Assembly (NCBI GenBank): GCA_035291225.1
Contig: DATDSO010000010.1
Location: forward strand, 82,090 to 146,089
Direction: 5' to 3'
Length of the DNA: 64,000 nt
DNA from: an archaeon
Lineage (GTDB): Archaea; Aenigmatarchaeota; Aenigmatarchaeia; Aenigmatarchaeales; JACQIB01
Part shown: positions 19,777 through 28,574 of the stretch, piece by piece
Numbering within the stretch: the first letter of the stretch is position 1
Layout of the letters: each line of letters starts with the position of its first letter
Notes under the pieces: generated by a model
What the model saw: the letters and a program-made list of their open reading frames with translations, nothing else
What the model was told of the DNA's origin: nothing
The model's database searches: none
Position numbers and translations under genes: made by a program

Positions 19777-22236
19777 ATGACTTACATAAAAGAGATTGAT
19801 TTTTCATTGATATCCCCGGCGATGCTAAAGAAAATCGCGGCCACAGAAATAACAAAGGCTGACATCTATGATAACGACGGATTTCCGATAGACGGTGGCG
19901 CAATGGATCCGAAACTCGGCATCGTTGATCCCGGAATGCGCTGCCGCAGCTGCGGACTAAATGTCGGACAGTGCGTGGGGCACTTCGGCTATATTGATTT
20001 GGTTCGGCCGATTTATCACGTCCTTTATGTAAAACTTATTTACAAAATTTTAAAAAATATTTGTTTAGCCTGCTCACGCTTAGCCTCTGGAACAAAATGC
20101 GCAAGCTGCGGGACGGAACAGAAAAAAATCCGGTTTGAAAAACCTTATACTTTCTATGAAGATGATAAACAGCTCAGCGGACTGCAAGTGAGAGAGCGCT
20201 TCGAAAAGATTTCTGATGATGATGCTCTTACGCTAGGAATTAAAGGCGGGAGACCGGAATGGCTTATTCTGACTTTGTTCCCTGTCCCTCCTGTAATTTC
20301 TCGTCCTTCAATAACTTTAGAAACAGGAGAGCGCAGCGAAGACGATTTGACCCACAAGCTTGTTGATATAATCAGAATCAATCAGAGGCTCAGGGAAAAT
20401 TTGGGAATCGGCGCGCCAGATTTTATTATTGATGACTTATGGGAACTTTTGCAGTACCATACCGCAACTTTCTTTGATAATGAACTTGCTGGCCTGCCTG
20501 CGGCGCGCCACCGCTCCGGCAGACCTTTGAAAACTTTGGCAGATAGATTAAAAAGCAAGGAGGGTAGATTCCGCCAAAATTTAGCAGGTAAGCGTGTTAA
20601 TTATTCTGCGAGAACTGTTATCTCTCCTGACACTCATTTGAGTATCGACGAAGTTGGCGTGCCACTTCAAGTTGCCCAAGAGCTTACAATTCCGGTTTAT
20701 GTGCGCGAACATAATATTGAAGAAATAAAAAAACTTTTGGCTATTGCTCCAATATGGCCAAGCGCAAACTATATAGTGCGCCCAGATGGAAAGAGGAAAA
20801 AAATTACAATTGAAAATCGTGAAGAGGTTATAAAGGAAATTTCACCGGGCTATATTGTTGAGCGCCATTTGCGAGATGGAGATGTTGTTCTTTTCAACAG
20901 GCAACCGTCTCTACATAGAATGAGCATAATGGCTCATCGTGTGCGTGTGCAGCCATGGAGAACTTTCACTTTGAATATTCCAGTTTGCCCGCCTTACAAC
21001 GCCGACTTCGATGGCGATGAAATGAATGTCCACGTTCCGCAGACAGATGAAGCGCGGGCGGAAGCAGAACTTTTGATGGGCGTGCAGAAGCATATCCGTT
21101 CTCCGAGATTTGGGGGTCCGATAATCGGATGCGAGCAGGACCATATTTCCGGATGCTACTTACTGACGAAATCTGAAACAGAAATCCCATCAGAGACAGC
21201 ATTCCAGCTACTCGCAGAAATTGGCATTGATCCTCAAATTCCAAAAAAGAAAAATATTACAGGCAAGGAAATTTTTTCAGGAATACTTCCGAAAGGGTTG
21301 AACATTGAATTCCGCGCAAAGGTCTGCAGCTGCGACAAAGGCTTCAAAGGCACATGCCCGAATGACGGCCATGTCGTTATCAAGAATGGCAAACTTGAAT
21401 CTGGGGTGATAGACAAAAACGCAATCGGACGCGAAGCAGGAAAATTGATTGATGTCATCGAGCGCTTATACGGAAGCGAGGAAGCGAAGAATTTCATAAA
21501 TAGGGTTTCTCTTCTAGGAATAAAATGGCTGGAGAAGGTTGGATTTACAATCGGCTTGGATGATGGCGAACTTACAGACGATGTCAGAAAAAAAATCAAC
21601 GAAGCCATAATGAAAGGGTATGAGGAAGCAGAACAACTTATAAAACTTTACCGAGGGGGGAAAGTTGAGCTGATGCCGGGAAGAGATATGAAAGAAAGTT
21701 TTGAGATTCAGATAAGAAATATTCTGTCTAATACTAGCGATGCTGTAGGAAAAATCGTTAAAAACAATTTGAAAGAAAGTCCAATTGTTATTATGGGTAA
21801 GACTGGAGCAAGAGGGAGTATAAACCACATTTCTCAACTTACTGGTGTTGTTGGTCAAGAGCACGCTCTTGGAGAAAGAATTATGAGAGGCTACCATGGC
21901 CGCACGCTATCTCACTTTTTGGTTGGGGATCTCGGACCGGCTGCACACGGTTTTGTGGCAAGTTCTTTCAAAATCGGTCTGAATCCATTTGAATTCTTTT
22001 TCGATGTTCTCTCTGGTAGAGAAGGTCTTATGGACAAATCTTTGAGAACTCGCCACAGCGGATATCTGGAGCGCAGGCTTATCGGAGCTTTGCAGGACTT
22101 GAAAATTGAATATGACGGCACTGTTCGCGATAACAGAAAAATTATAATTCAATTCTGTCCTGGAGAAGATGGAATAGATCCATCCAGATCTGACTGGGGA
22201 AAGATTGATATAAAAAGAATTGCTGCTGCTATTTAG
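19777..22236 (+). CDS. rpoA1: RNA polymerase subunit Rpo1N (A')
   Basis: NADFDGDEMN, GKRVNYSAR, FNRQPSLH. Confidence 0.99.
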   Translation: MTYIKEIDFSLISPAMLKKIAATEITKADIYDNDGFPIDGGAMDPKLGIVDPGMRCRSCGLNVGQCVGHFGYIDLVRPIYHVLYVKLIYKILKNICLACSRLASGTKCASCGTEQKKIRFEKPYTFYEDDKQLSGLQVRERFEKISDDDALTLGIKGGRPEWLILTLFPVPPVISRPSITLETGERSEDDLTHKLVDIIRINQRLRENLGIGAPDFIIDDLWELLQYHTATFFDNELAGLPAARHRSGRPLKTLADRLKSKEGRFRQNLAGKRVNYSARTVISPDTHLSIDEVGVPLQVAQELTIPVYVREHNIEEIKKLLAIAPIWPSANYIVRPDGKRKKITIENREEVIKEISPGYIVERHLRDGDVVLFNRQPSLHRMSIMAHRVRVQPWRTFTLNIPVCPPYNADFDGDEMNVHVPQTDEARAEAELLMGVQKHIRSPRFGGPIIGCEQDHISGCYLLTKSETEIPSETAFQLLAEIGIDPQIPKKKNITGKEIFSGILPKGLNIEFRAKVCSCDKGFKGTCPNDGHVVIKNGKLESGVIDKNAIGREAGKLIDVIERLYGSEEAKNFINRVSLLGIKWLEKVGFTIGLDDGELTDDVRKKINEAIMKGYEEAEQLIKLYRGGKVELMPGRDMKESFEIQIRNILSNTSDAVGKIVKNNLKESPIVIMGKTGARGSINHISQLTGVVGQEHALGERIMRGYHGRTLSHFLVGDLGPAAHGFVASSFKIGLNPFEFFFDVLSGREGLMDKSLRTRHSGYLERRLIGALQDLKIEYDGTVRDNRKIIIQFCPGEDGIDPSRSDWGKIDIKRIAAAI

Positions 22237-22245
22237 GTGATAAGT

Positions 22246-23388
22246 ATGACAACTCTAAAAGAACTTGAAGAAACATTTCCTGAAAAAGTAATGGGTGAAC
22301 TGAAAGAAAATTTGAAAGGGATGGGCGAGAAAGAAAAGGAATTATTAATAAAAAAGTTTTTGGAAGTTTACTCGCGCAGCAAATTCGAGCCCGGCGAAGC
22401 AACAGGAATTATTGCAGCTCAAAGCATTTCCGAGCCTGCGACACAAATGACAATGCGAACATACCACGCGGCCGGCGCTGCAGCTGTGCAGGTTACTTTA
22501 GGCTTGCCTCGATTGGTGGAAATTTTTGATGCGAGAAAAGCTCCGACAACTCCTGCGATGATAATTCATCTACAAAAATCTTACAACACGCGCGAGAAGG
22601 CAGCAAAGATTGCTTCGGAAATCCGCGAAGTTCTTCTAAGTGACATATCATCTTCTGCTTCGATTGATTTGCTTAACCAGCAAATAGAAATTAATTTAGA
22701 TTCGAAGCAAATACGTGATGCGGGTGTGCGCGAATCTTCGATTGTGGATTCCCTTCGCGAACAGCTGAAGGGTGGGCCGGGTCTGCAGCATAGGGGAGAA
22801 AGAATTTATATAAAACCAAAATCTGAACTGACAGTAAAGGAAATGCAAAAGCTTCGTGGAAAGATTTTGGATGTGCACGTGAAAGGGCTAAAAGGAGTTA
22901 CGCACGCTGTTGTGAATCAAAAAGATAATGAATGGATTATTGCAACTTTGGGTAGCAACCTCGCAAAAGTTTTGGAAGTGGATGGAATCGATGCTGTCAG
23001 AACAACAACAAACAACATCCATGAGGTTGAAAGGGTTCTTGGAATAGAAGCTGCGCGCACAACAATTATCAATGAGGCTCTTAACACCTTGAAAGAGCAG
23101 GGTTTGGATGTCGATGCTAGGCATGTCATGCTGACTGCCGATGTTATGACAGTTGATGGAACAATAAAAGCAATTGGAAGATACGGAGTTGCCGGTTCAA
23201 AAGGCTCTGTTTTGGCGAGGGCTAACTTTGAGGAAACCATAAAGCACTTGACAAGAGCTGCTGCAACTTCAGAAGTTGATCACTTGGAGAGCATTGTAGA
23301 AAATGTGATGATAAACCAAGTTGTGCCTGTTGGCACTGGAATGTTTGATCTGACTTTCAAAATGCCGAGCAGGAAAAAGTCTGAGTAA
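22246..23388 (+). CDS. rpoA2: RNA polymerase subunit Rpo1C (A'')
   Basis: AQSISEPATQMT, TLGLPRL, GIEAAR, ANFEET. Confidence 0.98.
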   Translation: MTTLKELEETFPEKVMGELKENLKGMGEKEKELLIKKFLEVYSRSKFEPGEATGIIAAQSISEPATQMTMRTYHAAGAAAVQVTLGLPRLVEIFDARKAPTTPAMIIHLQKSYNTREKAAKIASEIREVLLSDISSSASIDLLNQQIEINLDSKQIRDAGVRESSIVDSLREQLKGGPGLQHRGERIYIKPKSELTVKEMQKLRGKILDVHVKGLKGVTHAVVNQKDNEWIIATLGSNLAKVLEVDGIDAVRTTTNNIHEVERVLGIEAARTTIINEALNTLKEQGLDVDARHVMLTADVMTVDGTIKAIGRYGVAGSKGSVLARANFEETIKHLTRAAATSEVDHLESIVENVMINQVVPVGTGMFDLTFKMPSRKKSE

Positions 23389-23420
23389 AGCTATTTATGT
23401 GAGTTCTGCTATTGATTATT

Positions 23421-23687
23421 ATGCCTCTTGAGATTGATTTGAAAGCCGCGCTGGGAAAAAATCTGGTGAGCTTGGGAGCGCGCGTTTCAGAAAAGTTAGC
23501 AAGAAAAGGAGAAGCAAATTTTATTGTTGCAGCAAGCAACTGCCCTGAGGAAATTTTGAATGATTTGAGAAAAACTTCAGTAAAGGTAGAAACTTTTTCC
23601 GGAACAGGCAAGCAACTGGGGATTTTTTGCGGGAAACCTTTTCCGGTTGCGGCACTTGCTGTTAAGGTTGAGAAAAAAAAGAAATAA
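23421..23687 (+). CDS. rpl30e: Ribosomal protein L30e
   Basis: ASNCP, LGIFCGKPF; canonical position after rpoA2. Confidence 0.9.
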   Translation: MPLEIDLKAALGKNLVSLGARVSEKLARKGEANFIVAASNCPEEILNDLRKTSVKVETFSGTGKQLGIFCGKPFPVAALAVKVEKKKK

Positions 23688-23704
23688 AAAATTTGTGATA
23701 AAAA

Positions 23705-24106
23705 ATGACTGGTAGAGAATTCGACAATGACACAATACTTTTGATAAATGCGTTTGAAAATATAACGGGCACAGAAGTCAGGGATTGCGTGAATAGCGAG
23801 CTGCTTTATTTTCTTGTTGCTCCCGGAAAGGCCGCGATTGCAATTGGCAAAGGCGGGGAGCATGTGCAGACTGCCGAGAAAATGCTGAAGAAGCAGATAA
23901 AAGTTCTGGAGTGGCACGAGGACGCGCGCGAGTTTGTGAAAAACCTTATACCCCAAGCCGATAAAATACAAATCAATGGCGAGGCCGCGGTTGTGCAGGT
24001 TGGAAAAAACAAGGGTGCTGTCATTGGCAGGGGTGGAGAAAATATCAAAGTTCTGAATGAATTTTTGCAGAGAAACTCACAAATAAAAGAGATTAAGGTT
24101 ATCTGA
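23705..24106 (+). CDS. nusA: Archaeal NusA
   Basis: Two KH GxxG motifs (AIGKGG, VIGRGG). Confidence 0.95.
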   Translation: MTGREFDNDTILLINAFENITGTEVRDCVNSELLYFLVAPGKAAIAIGKGGEHVQTAEKMLKKQIKVLEWHEDAREFVKNLIPQADKIQINGEAAVVQVGKNKGAVIGRGGENIKVLNEFLQRNSQIKEIKVI

Positions 24107-24111
24107 TCTTT

Positions 24112-25278
24112 CTAAACCCCGACAGCATTAACGATGCCGGGCCCAACAAACAAAAACACAACAGCCAAAATTAAAATCCCAGAAACCGAGCGCACAATTT
24201 TTTCTGCACCTGCGCCAAAATATTTTTCCGCCACTGCGCGAAACATCAGCCCGCCATCCAGCGGATAAATCGGCAGAATATTGAAGATTCCCACAGCAAA
24301 AGCAAAGAGCCAAATCATTTGGAACAGCGCGCCCACGCTTCTCAAGTTTTCAGAGCCTGTTTTGAAAACTTCCGGCGCCTCAAAGAAAACTCCAACTCTC
24401 GGCTTCCCATTTTCAAAATTTGGCTTTACATAAAAAGTTTCTCCATCAGCTTTGAAAGCTATTGCATTTCCTTCTTTTATTTTTCCAACTTCTTCGGTAA
24501 AGAAAGCGCCGCCTGTCTGAGCATATTCCAGATAAGTTGGCACGATTTGCTTGCCATTCACTTCTGTGATTGTCATGTTAGCTTTCAATCCTGCCAGATT
24601 GGCCGGGCTTCCTTCTGTTACATTCAGAATTTTCATTTCTATTGAAGAATTTGTAACAGCAGGCCAAATCAGAAATGCAGAAAGCAAAAAGAAAATTATT
24701 GCTGTAAGGAAATTTGCAAACGAGCCTGCGGCAAAAATTCTCAGCTTCTCTTTTAAAGGCGCACGGTTTACCTGCTTGTCTTCGGGTTCAACAAAAGCTC
24801 CAGGGAAAATCGTGAACAATAAAAGCCCGACGGATTTCAATTTAATTTTCTGCGCGCGCGCAATCACACCGTGCATAAACTCATGCGGAATTAAAATTGC
24901 GCCTATTGTCAAAAACCAAAACCAGAATGGGATGTAAATTATTCCACCATCAACCGAGCCTTCCTTTGCTAATGTTGGAAAAACTAATTGGGCAGCAGGT
25001 TGCTTTATTTCTCCTGAAAGAATTTTGTAGTCCTGCTCAAGAACAGATAAAATTCCGAAAACCATTGCTAGTCCGCAAAGGAAAATCGCAAAAGTTCCGG
25101 CAGCTTTCCAAAATTCTGGCGAGAGCTGGGCGACTTTGTCAATTGTGTTCCTGAATCTTTTCGTGCGCCACAGATAAAGCAGGTAGTATTTTATTTCAAT
25201 ATTTTTTCTATGGGTGTAAATATGAATTCCGAGAAACAAAACAAAAACTAAAATTGAGAGCGTGTAAAAATCAACCAT
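24112..25278 (-). CDS. Site-2 protease (M50) with PDZ domain
   Basis: HEFMH, GAFVEP, GSPA, NILPIYPLDGG. Confidence 0.95.
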   Translation of the reverse strand: MVDFYTLSILVFVLFLGIHIYTHRKNIEIKYYLLYLWRTKRFRNTIDKVAQLSPEFWKAAGTFAIFLCGLAMVFGILSVLEQDYKILSGEIKQPAAQLVFPTLAKEGSVDGGIIYIPFWFWFLTIGAILIPHEFMHGVIARAQKIKLKSVGLLLFTIFPGAFVEPEDKQVNRAPLKEKLRIFAAGSFANFLTAIIFFLLSAFLIWPAVTNSSIEMKILNVTEGSPANLAGLKANMTITEVNGKQIVPTYLEYAQTGGAFFTEEVGKIKEGNAIAFKADGETFYVKPNFENGKPRVGVFFEAPEVFKTGSENLRSVGALFQMIWLFAFAVGIFNILPIYPLDGGLMFRAVAEKYFGAGAEKIVRSVSGILILAVVFLFVGPGIVNAVGV

Positions 25279-25308
25279 GCGGAATTTTTCTTCTGGAGAT
25301 TTATAAGC

Positions 25309-25728
25309 TTATGAAATTTTTAAAACTGTTAAACTTTTCGTGCTTTCCACTCCTTCTATTGCACGGATTTTTTCTATTATACCATTAAAACTTTCCGCGC
25401 TGTCTGTTGAAACTTCAACAACAACATCTGTTTCCCCTGCGGTCTCGAAAACTTTTTTCACTCCAGAAATTTCAAGAAATTTTTTTACAACTTTTTCTGT
25501 TTGCACGCGCGGCAAAGTATTTACAAGAACAACTGCCGCAAAGCCTGCGCGCGTTGAGAGCTCAACTGTGAAGCGCTTGATTACTCCGGCTTTTTTTAAT
25601 TTTTCTATTCTCTGCCTGACTGTTCCTTCGGAAACTTTAAATTTTTTTCCCAGCTCTGCGTTTGTCTGCCATGCATCCCGCTCAAGCTCGCGCAGGATTT
25701 TTTGGCTTAGGTTTAGTTTTTCTTCCAT
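25309..25728 (-). CDS. Lrp/AsnC regulator, LysM-like
   Basis: HTH VSEGTVRQRIEKLKKAGVIKRFT; RAM domain GVKKVFETAGETD...IRAIEGV recalls Sulfolobus LysM. Confidence 0.92.
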   Translation of the reverse strand: MEEKLNLSQKILRELERDAWQTNAELGKKFKVSEGTVRQRIEKLKKAGVIKRFTVELSTRAGFAAVVLVNTLPRVQTEKVVKKFLEISGVKKVFETAGETDVVVEVSTDSAESFNGIIEKIRAIEGVESTKSLTVLKIS

Positions 25729-25736
25729 AGAATATC

Positions 25737-25747
25737 ACGATTTTCGT
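25737..25747. promoter_or_regulatory. Putative Lrp operator ACGATTTTCGT
   Basis: Identical to the 11-bp core of the Ptr2 consensus GGACGATTTTCGTCC; lies between the lrp TATA box (~25766-25775) and its start codon. Confidence 0.6.
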
Positions 25748-25816
25748 ATATTTATTAGCTTTTTCTATTTATAAGGTTTATTTCTAGTTGATATTATACA
25801 GAATAATTACTGAAAG

Positions 25817-25830
25817 CGAAAGTTTAAATA
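25817..25830 (+). promoter_or_regulatory. BRE/TATA promoter of the small-ORF array
   Basis: CGAAAG-TTTAAATA about 35 bp upstream of the ATG at 25866. Confidence 0.6.
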
Positions 25831-25865
25831 GGTTCAGTTGCAGATGAATTTTAGGTGATTAAAAT

Positions 25866-26057
25866 ATGAAAAATAATGGCGGACGAGTTGATATAAGTCC
25901 TGATGGAGATCGTGTTATAATAAGAAGACAAGGAAGCCTTCCGAGCACATATTGGAGAGAAAACAGAGGATTTTATTTGAAAGAATCTCATGTTGAAGGT
26001 GGCATGCATACAGGACTTTACGTTCCGATGTGGAACCCGAGCAATGGCGGCTGTTAG
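25866..26057 (+). CDS. Small protein 1 of the array (63 aa)
   Basis: AGGTGA SD, ATG start. Confidence 0.65.
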   Translation: MKNNGGRVDISPDGDRVIIRRQGSLPSTYWRENRGFYLKESHVEGGMHTGLYVPMWNPSNGGC

Positions 26058-26102
26058 ATGAATCCCATGATACCTGTTGTTGATGAAGATTATTTTGAGT
26101 GA
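26058..26102 (+). CDS. Micro-peptide MNPMIPVVDEDYFE
   Basis: ATG abuts the previous TAG; paralogous to 26414-26452. Confidence 0.5.
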   Translation: MNPMIPVVDEDYFE

Positions 26103-26106
26103 TTGA

Positions 26107-26196
26107 ATGGCAAGCGAAAGAAGAACCACAAGCTTGGAAGAGAGTTGGCTGAATGCAGTTATGATAACTTTGCCAGAGGAAGATTGTAATAATTAA
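26107..26196 (+). CDS. Small peptide MASERRTTSLEESWLNAVMITLPEEDCNN (29 aa)
   Basis: GAGTGA SD overlapping the previous stop. Confidence 0.5.
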   Translation: MASERRTTSLEESWLNAVMITLPEEDCNN

Positions 26197-26210
26197 TTTG
26201 GTGAAAAAAT

Positions 26211-26408
26211 ATGGCAGAACATGATGACAGAGGACCGGATCCAGGACCGCAGGAGCCAATAGGCATAAGCAACAGAAGGCCTGCTCCCAGAGTTTATGGA
26301 GGCGCCATGGTGTATGACGTGTTAGAGGATCTATTTCGGAGAGATGAACCAAGAGTTTATTTCGCGCGAGTTGGCCGCCAAGATTTGTGGCTCCTGAAAG
26401 TTAGGTGA
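26211..26408 (+). CDS. Small protein 4 of the array (65 aa)
   Basis: GGTGA SD, ATG start. Confidence 0.65.
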   Translation: MAEHDDRGPDPGPQEPIGISNRRPAPRVYGGAMVYDVLEDLFRRDEPRVYFARVGRQDLWLLKVR

Positions 26409-26413
26409 AAAAT

Positions 26414-26452
26414 ATGATGCCAGAAATTGATGAAGATATTGGAGATTTTTGA
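26414..26452 (+). CDS. Micro-peptide MMPEIDEDIGDF
   Basis: AGGTGA SD containing the previous stop codon. Confidence 0.55.
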   Translation: MMPEIDEDIGDF

Positions 26453-26464
26453 GGGGATTTTTTT

Positions 26465-26623
26465 ATGGCAGGAAGAACGCCGATTGTAGAAGCAGAAGAA
26501 GGCTTTGATGGAAACGATGGAGATCCTCATGCGCCTGTTGGGCTTCCTGCATATGGAAGTTCAGGCGGGATAGGAGACTACTCTGCTGGCAACGGAGGAA
26601 CTGATGTGTACAACGAGATTTGA
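26465..26623 (+). CDS. Gly/Asp-rich small protein (52 aa) MAGRTPIVEAEEGFDGNDGDP...NEI
   Basis: GAGGGG SD overlapping the previous stop; below the ORF track cutoff. Confidence 0.6.
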   Translation: MAGRTPIVEAEEGFDGNDGDPHAPVGLPAYGSSGGIGDYSAGNGGTDVYNEI

Positions 26624-26635
26624 AAAATGATTTTT

Positions 26636-27184
26636 ATGGCCAGAAGAAATTTTGATATAATTGATGCCGATCCCGGCAGAATAACTGCATTAACAGGAAG
26701 CGTGTTTCCATACGATTCTGTAAGAGTAGGTGGCAGAAATTATATTCGCTCCGATTTCTCCCGGGAAGAAGATGGGACATGGACTGGTGTTTATAGAGAC
26801 GCCGAATTGGGCGGAGTTGATCCATGGGATGTATGGAATGATGTGTTCACCGCCAATGGCGGCAGTGTTCCTATTTTTCAACATTCTATTGGAGGAAATG
26901 TCCCACCAACAGAATTTGTCAGATTCAGAAGGCCAGAAACTCCTTCTATCCCTTTAGCATATTCTCAGCCACCTCAGAAACAAGAAAGTTATGAATCCCA
27001 AATGAAAAGAATGACTATAGATGTGTTGCCTGAACCGGATATGGTCAGATACGGCGCAGCAACTAGCGCTGGAAGATATGTTCCTGCTTATTTCCCCGGA
27101 ATGGATACGCGCACACCAGAAGGACTTGGATTTCCAGGGAGATTAGTTTTAGCAAGTTCTTTGCCAGGCGGGAAGAAAAAATAA
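26636..27184 (+). CDS. Hypothetical protein, last of the array
   Basis: 182-aa ORF closely following the array. Confidence 0.7.
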   Translation: MARRNFDIIDADPGRITALTGSVFPYDSVRVGGRNYIRSDFSREEDGTWTGVYRDAELGGVDPWDVWNDVFTANGGSVPIFQHSIGGNVPPTEFVRFRRPETPSIPLAYSQPPQKQESYESQMKRMTIDVLPEPDMVRYGAATSAGRYVPAYFPGMDTRTPEGLGFPGRLVLASSLPGGKKK

Positions 27185-27250
27185 TTCTGCATTGGAATTT
27201 TTTTCGGTTTTTATTTTTAGATTTTTCTAAAAAATTTAAAGGTGATAAAA

Positions 27251-28394
27251 ATGATACCACGAATAAACACAACTCAACTTACAAGGGAGCTGATAGGGAT
27301 AAGCTCTGTCAGCGGAAGCGAGACAGCGATAGCGGAATTTATCCTAGAATATTTAGAAGGCCACGGATTTGCTCCCAGATTAGTTGCTGGAAGATTTTCC
27401 GAAAGAGATTGGATTAATGTTGTTTGCGAATCTGGCGCAAGGAATTCCAAAAGAATTGCTTTGAACGCGCATATTGATACTGTTCCTGCTGGCGACGGCT
27501 GGGAAACAAATCCTCTTGAAGCAGTTGAAAGAGGTGGGAAAATATACGGTCGTGGCGCAGCTGACATGAAAGCAGGCTTAGCAGCGCAACTAAACGCTTT
27601 CGTAGAGCTCGGCGATACGTATGATTTGATTTTAACAGCAGTTTCAGATGAGGAAGGAATATCGCGCGGCACAAATGCTCTTGCTGACCAAGGAATTTAC
27701 AATGGCTGCTCTGCTGCGATTTTTTCAGAGCCAAACACTTCAGTCAGAAATGAAAGCGATTATGAAATTAGAATAGGCGGCAGGGGGAGATATGTTTTTG
27801 AAGTTCATGTGAGGACAGCAGGCGGGCATGGGGCAAAGGAAAAGAGAGCAAATGCAATACTGGAGGCTTCAAGATTCCTGAATGAAGTCCATGAATTTGA
27901 AACTGATGAGCATCCTATAATGGGAAGGGCCAGATACAATATAGAATCAATTGGCGGCGGCGCTGGGGGATTCCTCTCAACTCCAAATCATTGTGTTGTT
28001 CAGATCAGCAGGTTCGCTCTTATTGGAGAAAATCTTGAAAGCTGCAAAAAAAGAGCTGGAGGGAATTGTAAGAGAAAGAGTTAGAGATGCGGATGTAAGT
28101 GTTGCTGTTCAGCAAAGAGAAACTCCATTCTGCCAGCCATATCTGAATGATGCAAACAACAGAATTGTGCAGTGCGCCCAGTCTGCTTACAGGAATATTG
28201 GAATTGATCCGCGGCTGACAGCTCCGTCTGTTTATGATATTTCAGTAGTTGGCGGGAGACTTGGAATTCCATCAATAAACATTGGTCCAATCGGTGGAGA
28301 TATACATGCTGCGAATGAATTTGTTTATGCGAGCTCTGTTGGAAATTTCGAAAGGGTTTTGAGAGGAACAATAAGGAGATACCAAGGTGATTGA
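27251..28394 (+). pseudogene. M20 family metallopeptidase (ArgE/DapE/LysK-like), frameshifted at an A7 run
   Basis: NAHIDTV, YGRGAADMKAG, SDEEG, SEP in the first frame; C-terminal IGP..GDIHAANE in a second frame; removing one A at 28046-28052 restores ...SCKKELEGIV... Confidence 0.85.
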
Positions 28395-28528
28395 TATACT
28401 CAACCCAAATAACACCATCAGGAGCAGACGGAAACACGATCGGAAGGCTTGTGAATTTTCTATCAGAACTATCGAGAGATTTTCTAATTCACCTGCTGGT
28501 CCTGATAATTTTTCAAAGTCTGAAGTAG
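28391..28528 (+). CDS. Possible small protein with hydrophobic C-terminus (45 aa)
   Basis: TTG overlaps the M20 stop: MIYSTQITPSGADGNTIGRLVNFLSELSRDFLIHLLVLIIFQSLK. An alternative frame (28387-28533) is also open. Confidence 0.3.
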   Translation: MIYSTQITPSGADGNTIGRLVNFLSELSRDFLIHLLVLIIFQSLK

Positions 28529-28574
28529 GATAAATTTTTCTCAACTTTATAAAATCTCTTTCAGAAGTAGTAGC

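Noticed and set aside
23705..24120. Absence of rps12/rps7 after nusA
   Set aside because: Operon breakage is common in reduced archaeal genomes and is uninformative from one window
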